Origin: Mobula birostris
Taxonomy: Eukaryota
DNA length: 64,000 nt
Assembly: GCF_030028105.1 (NCBI RefSeq)
Contig: NC_092374.1
Span: forward strand, 185,908,638 to 185,972,637
Reading direction: 5' to 3'
The notes beneath the pieces are model-generated. The model saw nothing but the letters and a program-made list of their open reading frames with translations, was not told the origin of the DNA and did no database searches. Shown here one piece after another: positions 13,415 to 23,599 of this stretch. How positions within the stretch are numbered: position 1 is the stretch's first letter; each line of letters begins with the position of its first letter. Made by a program: the position numbers and the translations under genes.

Positions 13415-14129
13415 GTATTTATCACTGTGTCCCAAATGAATGAAAGGAATCCTGGTTATTTTCTTGACTTAATTTTTGTTCTTTAAGAATTGTCTCAAAT
13501 ATGTGGCTGCCCTGATTAACCGATGGCCCAGTTAACTGGAATCCACTGCACGTACTGTAGAGCTCACCATATACTAAGTGGAGTTTCATTTTCTTGCAGG
13601 CTTTTACAGGAATGTAAAGAAATACATTTGAATTTATGAAAACCTTTACATAAAGACTGACGAACAGCCAATGTGCAAAAGAAAACAAATTGTGCAAATA
13701 ATTTAAATAAATAATATTGAGAACATGAGTGGTAGAGTCCTTAAAAGTGAGTCTGTAGGTTGTGGGATCAGTTTAGAGTTGAGATGAGTGAGTGAGGGGG
13801 CTAAGCACACAAACTGTGCTGATGGTAATTGTGGAGGAGATGTCTTTGCCAATCTGAACTGACTGGGATCTGCAAGTGAGGAAATCAAGGAGGGATTGAT
13901 TACAATTGTTGACTTACACAGGGAGGTATTGGGGCATTCAAATTTCAGGGCTGGAATTTGAAGGGTCACACACAGCCCTCTCTCTCTCCTCCTCTCCCCC
14001 TCCCTAGTGCACAGCCCTCGCACACTCAGCTCCCTCCCTCCCTCTCTGATACACATAAGCTCTTCAAATCCCAGTTGAGCACCACTTCCTGGAGAGTAAC
14101 GGAGGGTCCCGATAGATGCTGGACCAACC

Positions 14130-14790
14130 AGCAAAACCCCAATGAATTAAAAGCACCAGGGGAAGGAGAGGTGTCCCTCGGACCACATGCTGGAAGATCC
14201 CTCAAAACTGGTTCATCAGTTGCCAGTGGGCTCCCTGGACAAACACCACTTGTTCACTGCTTAGTGTCTCTGCATTCAGGCATTTTGGCCTGCAGCCCCA
14301 TTTGGGGTACAGATTCCACCCTGGACTAGAACACTGTCTAGTGCCCGAGAGCATCCAGGTACAGTGATGACCCAGTCCTTGGCCTCGCAGCAGAGTTCAG
14401 GGTGAAACTGCAACTTCTGGGCTGCTGTAGGTTAATGCTACCCCAGCTCCCATAATCATTGGGATGATGCACACATGATTCACATTGTATTCTTTCCTCC
14501 TCCACTGGGCTCACACACAGGGAGACTGCATTCTATCTGTCTTTTCCGTATTCAGCCCATGGATAGTCAGATGGCATAGTAGGAGATGAGCTGTTTTCTG
14601 GTGCTTTTTGCTCCTCTCTGCTGTCTCCTCTTTGCTGCTAGTGTCCGTCAGCTCTGAGACTCCTCCAGTGCTCTGGTGGCTACTCCACCCCCGGGCTGGT
14701 ATTTGAGTTGAGTGCCACCAGCAGCCTGACTGGTCCCAAGTCCCAGCTCCGTTACCGCGAGCTCGCTCTCTGATTCCTGTGTCCAACCAT
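14130..14790 (-). mobile_element. Degraded Tx1/L1-like LINE fragment (ORF1 end to APE start)
   Basis: Antisense, frameshifted resemblance to the Tx1-type ORF1/ORF2 junction. Confidence 0.4.
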
Positions 14791-14838
14791 TTATGTAGGT
14801 CTCACATTTGGACTGTTCTGGATTTTTCTTGATTGCAG

Positions 14839-14952
14839 CTGTGAGGCGGGTCAAATGCTTGAGGCAGTTCCTGGGTATCTGTACCTTCATGACCTACGTC
14901 ACGACCGTCATGACCTGTGTCGCGACCCTCATCAAACTTATCCCCACGAAAG
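14839..14952 (+). CDS. Gene A exon: basic loop plus TM helix 2
   Basis: gatttttcttgattgcAG ... GTacgt; 114 bp, phase 1-1; AVRRVKCLRQFLGICTFMTYVTTVMTCVATLIKLIPTK. Confidence 0.78.
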
Positions 14953-16168
14953 GTACGTGTGTGATGTTCTGCATGTGCATTGTTCTGATCAGTGTGGGAT
15001 TCAGCACACCCTCCACCTTCACATCCAGCACTCAAGGACAGGCAGGGTGGGTATCTGGACTCCAGAAGGCATGTGAAGGAACTGGTAAATTAAAGGCATA
15101 ATTATAAAGCTGGGAAAACAGTTGTTGGTTCAGTGTGTAGAGGTAACCTGCAGGGGCTGAAGTTGGCAGGATTTGGGTCATGGTGCTGTACAGGAATGTG
15201 TGGTGGGCCTTTTGGAGGAAGGAGGTGGAATCTTTCACGAGGTGATTTCCCAGGATGCTGCCTGGACTAGAGCTTGTCTCCTAGGACAGGTTGAGCGAGC
15301 TAGGACTTTCTCATCAGTGGAAAGGGGGATGAGAGGTGACTTGAGAGAATTATACAAGGTAAGAAGCGTAGATCGAGTAAATAGCCAGAGACTTCTTCCC
15401 CAGAGCTGAAACAAGGAGGCACAATTTTAAGATAGGTATAGAAGAGATGTTAGAGGCAGTTTTTGTTTTAATACACAGAGATTGGTGGGTGTGTGGAATA
15501 CCCTGCCAGGGGTGGTGAAAGAGGTAGATACATTAGGGGCATATGATAACTCTTGGGCACTTGGAGGAGAGAGAAAATGCAAAGCTATGTAGGATGAGAG
15601 GAAAATGGAAAGTGACGAAGGAGGGATGGGTTCGATTGATCTTAGACTAGGTTAAGAGGTCGACACAACACCATGTGACAAGGGCTCTACTGTTCTGTAG
15701 AGTGCTATGCAACTGGTCCTTGGATTGACTGGGCTGATGATGTGAAATGCGACTTTACCAAGTTGGTCAAGTTTGATCGGAGAGGTGACATTGTGAACTA
15801 ACTGGCAGAATGAATCACCAGAGATGAATAGATTATGCAAACAGGCAGAACTTCAACAAATGGATTTCATTGTAGTTACCGGTCAGTAAATATGTGTCAT
15901 GTGCCCCAGATTTTGAAAAAGGACAGGACAAGAGTGGATACTAAAGAAGAAACTGTGGAGACTTGAGCTGCAGATACTGGAATCTGGAACCGCAAATAAT
16001 CTGCTGCAGGACCTCAGTGCATCAGTCAGCATCTGTGGGAGGCGGAAGGACTCTGGACATTTCCTGGGTGAAACCCTACATCAGTAACTTGCACTCCAAA
16101 AACAGATAGAAATGGGCTCTTTGAACTGAATCCTTACCATTTATCGAGCATCCGCTTGCCTTCTATAT

Positions 16169-16810
16169 ATGGGCAAGACCCAACGCAGACTGGGAGACCG
16201 CTTTGCTGAACACTTACGCTCTGTCCGCCAGAGAAAGCAGGATCTCCCAGTGGCCACACATTTTAATTCCACATCCCATTCCCATTCTGACATGTCTATC
16301 CACGGCCTCCTCTACTGTAAAGATAAAGCCACACTCAGGTTGGAGGAACAACACCTTATATTCTGTCTGGGTAGCCTCCAACCCGATGGCATGAACATTG
16401 ACTTCTCTAACTTCCGCTAATGCCCCACCTCCACCTCGTACCCCATCCGTTATTTATTTTTATACACACATTTTTTCTCTCACTCTCCTTTTTCTCCCTC
16501 TGTCCCTCTGACCATACCCCTTGCCCATCCTCTGGGTTCCCCCCCGCCTTGTCTTTCTCCCCGGGCCTCCTGTCCCATGATCCTCTCATATCCCCTTTGC
16601 CAATCACCTGTCCAGCTCTTGGCTCCATCCCTCCCCCTCCTGTCTTCTCCTATCATTTCGGATCTCCCCCTCCCCCTCCCACTTTCAAATCTCTTACTAA
16701 CTCTACCTTCAGTTAGTCCTGACCAAGGGACTGGGCCTGAAACGTCGACTGTACCTCTTCCTAGAGATGCTGCCTGGCCTGCTGCATTACCAGCAACTTT
16801 GATGTGTGTT
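16169..16810 (+). mobile_element. Penelope-like element 3' end (GIY-YIG C-terminus and pseudo-LTR)
   Basis: GKTQRRLGDRFAEHLRS...RLEEQHLIFCLGSLQPDGMNIDFSNF; degenerate hammerhead motif (CTGACCA). Confidence 0.9.
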
Positions 16811-17962
16811 GGTTGGGGCATCTGGGACCAGGAGACCTGGGGCTAGGGTCAATTGCATAGTACTGTTCTGTTTGTTTTAATATTAGGAATCGCTTCTCCC
16901 CAGAGTGAAAAGAAGTAATATTCTGTCTGGAAATTCAATGGGGCACGAGGGGCATCAGTCACTTTTGCTTGGCCGGTGATGTCATTCCCTGTATGACAAT
17001 TTCCGGTTGGGGAACTGCAAGTTAATTGGACCATGCTGTCCTGGGAGTTCCCGCACTGGGCGGTCCCAGGGCCATTCTCTTTCATCACTGCAGCTCCAAA
17101 CTCTAGGATGCCTTCCAGATGTTAGTCACTGAACTTCATCCACCAGGTCTTCAGAGTGTCCTGACTTTTCTTCACCCACACCTCTGCACACCTGCTTGAA
17201 TTGTTCACGTAAACATGTTTGCAACATTCAAGGTCAGGCGGCGTCTCTGTAGTGAGAGGTGGACAGTGAAATGCTGTCTACCCCCCCCCCACACTGTTTG
17301 CAACGACATACCTCTTTGCACCAGTGGTGAACCCAGTGATGATTCTCCCATCATCTGAGTCGGTCTGGAGAGCCGGTGGTTCAGGTCTGTCACCGTCAGA
17401 TGGAGTGAGGTTAGAAATCTGTGTTTCCTTTTGCAGAGATGGGTGAAGGGCTGAGCTGAAGAAAGTGAACTGTGTGGAGGGGCGGAGACCAGGAGAGCCT
17501 TTCGAGTGTCTCACCCTGGTCTGGTCTACCCACAGCTGGTGAGAGGGCAGTTCAGGGGAACAAATGCTAAGGGGTGTAACGAAAAGGAATAGAGAGAAAT
17601 AAAAGAAAGAATGGCACTTCTGAACAATCTATCACTTCTATAGATAAGATGAAGAAAATTCCTTAGTGATAATTTAGTCAATAGGCTACGCAATTAAAAC
17701 AATTACATCACATGGGCAATACTTTTAAAAAGAACAAATCTTATAAAAAGTATTATTTTTAAAAAAGTGGTTTCCAACAAGAGGTTTCACCCTCAGGTGA
17801 AGCAGGTGAAAAGCAGATCCAGCATTGCCCCCTCTACAGAAACAGTATATAAAGCACAGTTCTGGGGAAGTTACAGAATGGAAATCCTGCGTCTCGTTGT
17901 TTAATTTCCCGTTTATTACTGAGTGAACCGCTGACCATTGCTGTGGGGTCTTTGCTCCCCAG

Positions 17963-18070
17963 GTTCGGACCCTGTCGTAGCAGCGGTTTATTGCACGGTG
18001 TCCCTTCAGCTTCTGACTTTGGGTCTGCTGCTCGTTGTCCACTGGCGAGACAGTCTCAAAAAGAGGGCAG
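17963..18070 (+). CDS. Gene A exon: TM helix 3
   Basis: tctttgctccccAG ... GTaaga; 108 bp, phase 1-1; GSDPVVAAVYCTVSLQLLTLGLLLVVHWRDSLKKRA. Confidence 0.82.
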
Positions 18071-18273
18071 GTAAGAGACTGGATCATTCAATGTACAACC
18101 TCTCAGTGAAGGAAAGGAATGGAGGGTTATGGGCTGAGTGCAGGTCGGTGGGACTAAGTGAGAGTAAGAGTTCGGCACGGACTAGAAGGGCCGAGGTGGC
18201 CTGTTTCCATGCTGTAATTGTTATATGGTTATATGGTTAATGCACTCTAATCGTCACACTTTGTGCTTGACAG

Positions 18274-18372
18274 CTACAAGCGTTTGTATTTTGGAAAGGA
18301 CCGTAGCTGGACTTCATGTCATCGTGATCATCACTTCAGTCGTTTTTTTAGCATTATTAAGTCATCCAGACT
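18274..18372 (+). CDS. Gene A exon: TM helix 4
   Basis: cactttgtgcttgacAG ... GTgagt; 99 bp, phase 1-1; ATSVCILERTVAGLHVIVIITSVVFLALLSHPD. Not in the ORF track. Confidence 0.8.
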
Positions 18373-19111
18373 GTGAGTTTGCCTAGAGCTCTTCATCATT
18401 GTTTATGGCAATGCATGGTTTTGATCATTTTCTTTGTTATATACACACACACACACAGTTGGTTTATTGATCACTGCAGAGTGGTTCTCTGCTGCTTCCT
18501 GCTTCCTCCTCTCTCCTTTCCCCAACCACGATGCCCCTCTCCCTGACCCCTTCCCACTCTCAGTCCACAGTAGAGACCCATTTCAGATTCAGGTTTATCA
18601 TCATTCACAAATGGCATGAAATCTGTTTAACTTTGTTTCCAGCAGCAATACATAAACTTACTACTGTACTGTCTCAAAGTGTTAGGCACCCAAGCAAGAC
18701 TGTACTTAGGAGACAGAAGGGATGAACTTGGAAAAGTTAATAATTATGAAAGGCAGAGATGAGCTGGACAGTCTTTTCCCCAGGGTCGGGAAGTTGAAAA
18801 CACGAGGGCATAGATTTAGGTTGAGAGGGGAAAGATCTGAAACAGACCTGAAGGACAGTTTCTTTTAAAACAGAGTGTGATCAGGGTATGGAACAATTTA
18901 ACAGAGGAACAGGTTGAGACAGGTACAATACCAGAAGCTCTGGGAAGTGTTTAACACCTGGACAGGTACATGGAGGGACGGGCCATGCACCATCCTCTCT
19001 TTGCCATTGCTCTGTGAATTTGCTGTGGAAGGTGCATTGGATGTTTACTGTACTGTGGATGTGGGCACTTGGTGTCAGTTTACTCAGTTTCATCATGTTG
19101 CACATTTTCAG

Positions 19112-19210
19112 ATCAAGGCTGTGAAAGCAGCTTTATTGTCTGGATGGTATTCTTTGGAGCAGTGATCGTGGGTGCTGTGGTCTTTCTCTTCAACTTCGTG
19201 GTCCAACGCC
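19112..19210 (+). CDS. Gene A exon: extracellular loop plus TM helix 5
   Basis: tgttgcacattttcAG ... GTaagt; 99 bp, phase 1-1; YQGCESSFIVWMVFFGAVIVGAVVFLFNFVVQR. Confidence 0.85.
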
Positions 19211-20598
19211 GTAAGTAAATACCAAACCATTCAGCAGCTGCTGTATCGCTTCCCAGAGTAAAGACCTTCCCCCGATCTCACAGCCGCTTCAGCTCCTACG
19301 AGGGTTTCCCGGGCTCTGCTTGAGTTCCCTCACGGAGCTGCTGGCCGTGCAGGTGGGGTTTTGGACTCCTGCTGGGACGTAGAAGTGAACAACCTCCCAG
19401 CTGAACTCCAGTGATACCCCACTGGGCTCCTTGGAGACTGATGGAGAGGTCTGACAGAGCGCAGAATAGGCCCCTCGAGCCGTGCTGTCCAGCAAACCTC
19501 AATTTAATCCGAACTTAATCACAGGACAGTTTGCAGTGGTACGTCTCTGGACTGTGGGAGGAAACCCACACGGCCATGGCGAGAGCGTACAAACTCCTTA
19601 CAGGCAGTGGCGGGAATTGGACCCAGGTTGCTGGTACAGTAAAGCATTGTACTGACCTCTACATTACTGCGAAATCTGTAAAGGATCGATTTCTTAGATG
19701 GAATCAAAGATGCAAATGAAGGCATCAACACTGAAGAAACAGCACCAGATATTTTGTTAAAATAGATTCCTACTGTTTGTCAAAATTTCATTTTATGTGT
19801 TTAGAAATTGACTATTTTACACCTAAAAATTAATTCATTGTGTGTTCATAATGCTGCTCTCTCTTGGACACTGATTCACCCAGCCCAGAGGATCTGGGTA
19901 CATACTGTGACCTTACTGTAGCACTGGGGGCTCACCAGGTTCCAGAACCCATGTCTTACAGAAATTGCCCCATAACTTAAAGAATTTTTTTCAGGTTTGC
20001 AATAATGAAATGTTTACAATACTACAAGATACAGTGTGTGTTCTGAGTTAATTATGGTTGTCTTAGAATAAATGTTGGAAATTATCGTTAAAATGAAAGG
20101 ACAAGTTATTAAGGTTTCTGTTGAGAATTCAGGAGAATGGTTTTGAGAGGGAAAATAAATCAGCCATGATGGAATAGTGGAGCAGACTCGATGGGCCAAA
20201 TGATCTAGTTCTGCCCCTATGTCTTATTGTTTTAGAGGAAGTGTAGGCAGGGCGATGTGATGTGGGTAGCTACAGGAAACAGATGTTCCTGCTTTACATA
20301 AAGATTAGTTTACAAACAGCTCTTGGGAACTGAGGTCTTGTGTAACACCGCGTCTATCTGTATACAGTTTCTCTTGAAGTTATAGAACTACTTTGTCTAT
20401 TCACATTCCCCAGTTAACTTGTAGAGATTGCCTGTTATTGAAATATTCTCTGTGAGTTGGTACCTGGATTCCTCAGTCTGCCGCAGTCTCTGTAGGCATG
20501 TCCTTCTCCACGTGTCACCCTTCCCCTTGGCGTGATGCTTCTGTTGATTGACTGGGATTCACCTACTTCCTGTAACAAATGCACTTTTGTCATTTTAG

Positions 20599-20867
20599 TA
20601 TCCTGCAGAAAGGAAAATTCTGAAATGGACCCACCAGATCCCACAGCTTCTGATGAACTTCTGATGTCTGATTTAAAAAGCGTACATCAGTCTTCATTTT
20701 CAGACAACATTCCCAGTTCGAAGCCTTAACAGTCTGAACTCAGTCTTGATGACACCTTGGTTTCCCAGCCAAATGCTGAGTCACAGGAATGTTGCGTACT
20801 GGAGAATGAAGAGAAGAGCTGTACAGATGAAAACGAAAGCCTGGATAGGAACAACATGGAGTCATAG
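20599..20867 (+). CDS. Gene A probable terminal exon: acidic cytoplasmic tail with an in-frame TAA at 20727-20729
   Basis: Acceptor gcacttttgtcattttAG, phase 1. LSCRKENSEMDPPDPTASDELLMSDLKSVHQSSFSDNIPSSKP* is followed by 45 more open codons, QSELSLDD...NNMES, ending at TAG 20865-20867. Confidence 0.6.
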
Positions 20868-20952
20868 AAAACTACAACATATTTCGTCCGTGCTGAACCA
20901 TTTCAGTTGCCTAGTCCATCGACCTGCACCCCAAACATCCAAAGGTTCATAG

Positions 20953-21767
20953 TGTCATGAACCCCGTGACGGGAATAAAGAACCAGCAGAGATGGAAAAC
21001 ACTTTGGAGTCCAGTATTGCTATAAACTAATAATATTTATTAGTAACTACGCAATACAGTAATATAAATGTAGATAAATCAAACCGGTTAGCAATGAGTA
21101 TGTATATAAGTAAGTATATCAGTCAGTGTGGAAATATATGTACGAAAAACCAAGCTTCTTTAAGTCTAGTAGTAAAAAGATACAGTCTTACGATGACGAG
21201 TAAAGTTCAGTTCAGTTCAGTTCGTGGTATTTAGTTGAGTAGTGATGGAGAGAGAGAGAGAGATTTGAGTCTTCAGGTGAGCTGATGCCGTTGATCTTCT
21301 CATCGTCCTCCGAAATCCTTTACAAGTCACCGACTGTGACTTTAACCAGGGGGACCAGTTTTCTCTGGTGGAGCTATCACCCCAGCAAGGGTGGACACAT
21401 AGACAACTCCCCACCAGTTAACCCCTTCTCCACTGCAAGAACGATTGGATCGATCCGCCTGATCAATCCTCCAAAACGCACTTTCTCTGTGGGTACGACA
21501 ATGCTCATTCAGTGTCCAGATCATGTGTCTGAGGTCTGTATCATCTGACCTCCCATTTATCTCACCGTGCTGAGCATCAGCTGTCATTCACAGAGTCCCA
21601 CCTTCCTTTGTCTGTGAAGAAATGCAAGCAAGCAGAGCTGTCCTTAAACATCAATAATGTGCTGCCGGTCACCATAGCAACCTTGGAGCTGCTCGGTGCT
21701 ATCTCCAAAGTAGAAATCCAAAGTTACCTCCATGCCCTAAAGTGACAGTCCAACCGTTAATCTTTTT

Positions 21768-21828
<61 letters not shown>

Positions 21829-21951
21829 TCACTCTCTCACTCTCTCACTCTCTCACTCTCTCACTCTCTCACTCTCTCACTCTCTCACTCTCTCACTCTC
21901 TCACTCTCTGTCTTCAAAAAGTTAATAGGGGCACTTCAGGATCTCCTCACA
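20953..21951. mobile_element. Solo LTR with a 4-bp TSD (ATAG)
   Basis: TG...CA termini; atag at 20949-20952 and 21952-21955; homologous to 50565-51411. Confidence 0.85.
21775..21908. repeat. (TC)n and (TCACTC)n microsatellite inside the solo LTR
   Basis: Direct reading of the sequence. Confidence 0.95.
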
Positions 21952-22176
21952 ATAGGTTCATTTATTATCAACGCATACAACTGGAAATTGCTCTCGGGGT
22001 AGAACCCGGTTGACAGTGACTGAGCAGCCTAATTAGCAATCTTGTTAGAGGTTTCTCAACCCAGAATGGCAGAGCTTGCACTGTGATGTCAGCCTGTTTC
22101 TCCTGAATCACCTCTTGCAACAAGAGCAAGGATAGAAATTGTGTCATTCCAGTTGGAGGTGAAGACAGGAAGCAAA

Positions 22177-23245
22177 GAATGGGAATAAACGGGACCTTTT
22201 CAGAATGGCAGGCAGTGACTAGTGGGGTACCGCAAGGCTCAGTGCTGGGACCCCAGTTGTTTACAATATATATTAATGACTTGGATGAGGGAATTAAATG
22301 CAGCATCTTCAAGTTTGCAGATGACACGAAGCTGGGCGGCAGTGTTAGCTGTGAGGAGGATGCTAAGAGGATGCAGGGTGACCTGGATAGGTTGGGTGAG
22401 TGGGCAAATTCATGGCAGATGCAGTTTAATGTGGATAAATGTGAAGTTATCCACTTTGGTGGCAAAAATAGGAAAACGGATTATTATCTGAATGGTGACC
22501 GATTAGGAAAAGGGGAGGTGCAATGAGACCTGGGTGTCATTATACACCAGTCATTGAAAGTGGGCATGCAGGTACAGCAGACGGTGAAAAAGGCGAATAG
22601 TATGCTGGCATTTATAGCGAGAGGATTCGAGTACAGGAGCAGGGAGGTACTACTGCAGTTGTACAAGGCCTTGGTGAGACCACACCTGGAGTATTGTGTT
22701 CAGTTTTGGTCCCCTAATCTAAGGAAAGACATCCTTGCCATAGAGGGAGTACAAAGAAGGTTCACCAGATTGATTCCTGGGATGGCAGGACTTTCATATG
22801 AAGAAAGACTGGATGAACTGGGCTTGTACTCGTTGGAATTTAGAAGATTGAGGGGGGATCTTACTGAAACGTATAAAATCCTAAAGCGATTGGACAGGCT
22901 AGATGCAGGAAGATTGTTCCCGATGTTGGGGAAGTCCAGAACGAAGGGTCACGGTTTGAGGATAAAGGCGAAGCCTTTTTGGACTGAGATTAGGAAAAAC
23001 TTCTTGACACAGAGAGTGGTGAATCTGTGGAATTCTCTGCCACAGGAAACAGTTGAGGCCAGTTCATTGGCTATATTTAAGAGGGAGTTAGATATGGCCC
23101 TTGTGGCTAGGGGGATCAGAGGGTATGGAGGGAAGGCTGGTGCAGGGTTCTGAGTTGGATGATCAGCCATGATCACAATAAATAGGGGTGCAGACTCGAA
23201 GGGCCGAATGGCCTACTCCTGCACCTATTTTCTATGTTTCTATGA
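22177..23245 (+). mobile_element. CR1 LINE, 5'-truncated RT
   Basis: Nearly identical to 7660-8733; ORFs 22179 and 22554. Confidence 0.95.
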
Positions 23246-23254
23246 AATCCATGT

Positions 23255-23424
23255 AACACATGTCAAAGTTGCTGGTGAATGCAGCAGGCCAGGCAGGGTG
23301 TCTTGGCCTGAAACATCGACTGTACCTCTTCCTATAGATGCTGCCTGGCCTGCTGCGTTCACCAGCAACTTTGATGTGTGTTGCTTGAATTTACAGCATC
23401 TGCAGAATTCCTCGTGTTTGCATG
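23255..23424. mobile_element. Miniature palindromic Penelope-derived element with a 12-bp TSD
   Basis: tgaaatccatgt duplicated at 23243-23254 and 23425-23436; inverted pseudo-LTR pieces. Confidence 0.75.
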
Positions 23425-23599
23425 TGAAATCCATGTGTTCATCTCAGTTTATCTCAGAATTGAGAATATGTGCAGCAAAAAAAAAACAAGCACAGGTTTA
23501 ATGTGCTAGATTATATTTGAGCGTGATCATGTCACTTAGTAAGAAAATGTTTTTTTAAAGTCTTGTATAAAATTGTGCCTTAGGCTATATGTTTATTCA

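Noticed and set aside
14799-14952. Alternative upstream acceptor (atgtAG at 14798) giving GLTFGLFWIFLDCSCEAG...
   Set aside because: It has a weaker pyrimidine tract, loses the hydrophobic helix, and does not end in phase 1 at the GT donor. The 14839 acceptor fits.
17437-17538. Good-looking acceptor (tttccttttgcAG) and GTgaga donor
   Set aside because: Stop codons occur in all three frames; treated as a pseudo-exon.
18434-18619. Hydrophobic ORF VGLLITAEWFSAASCFLLS as a possible sixth TM exon
   Set aside because: The acceptor is a CA repeat, there is no convincing in-phase donor, and it would break the charge-consistent 5TM topology.
21775-21908. Regular hexamer array (possible CRISPR or coding repeat)
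   Set aside because: It is a simple (TC)n/(TCACTC)n microsatellite inside an LTR, with no spacers and no cas genes.
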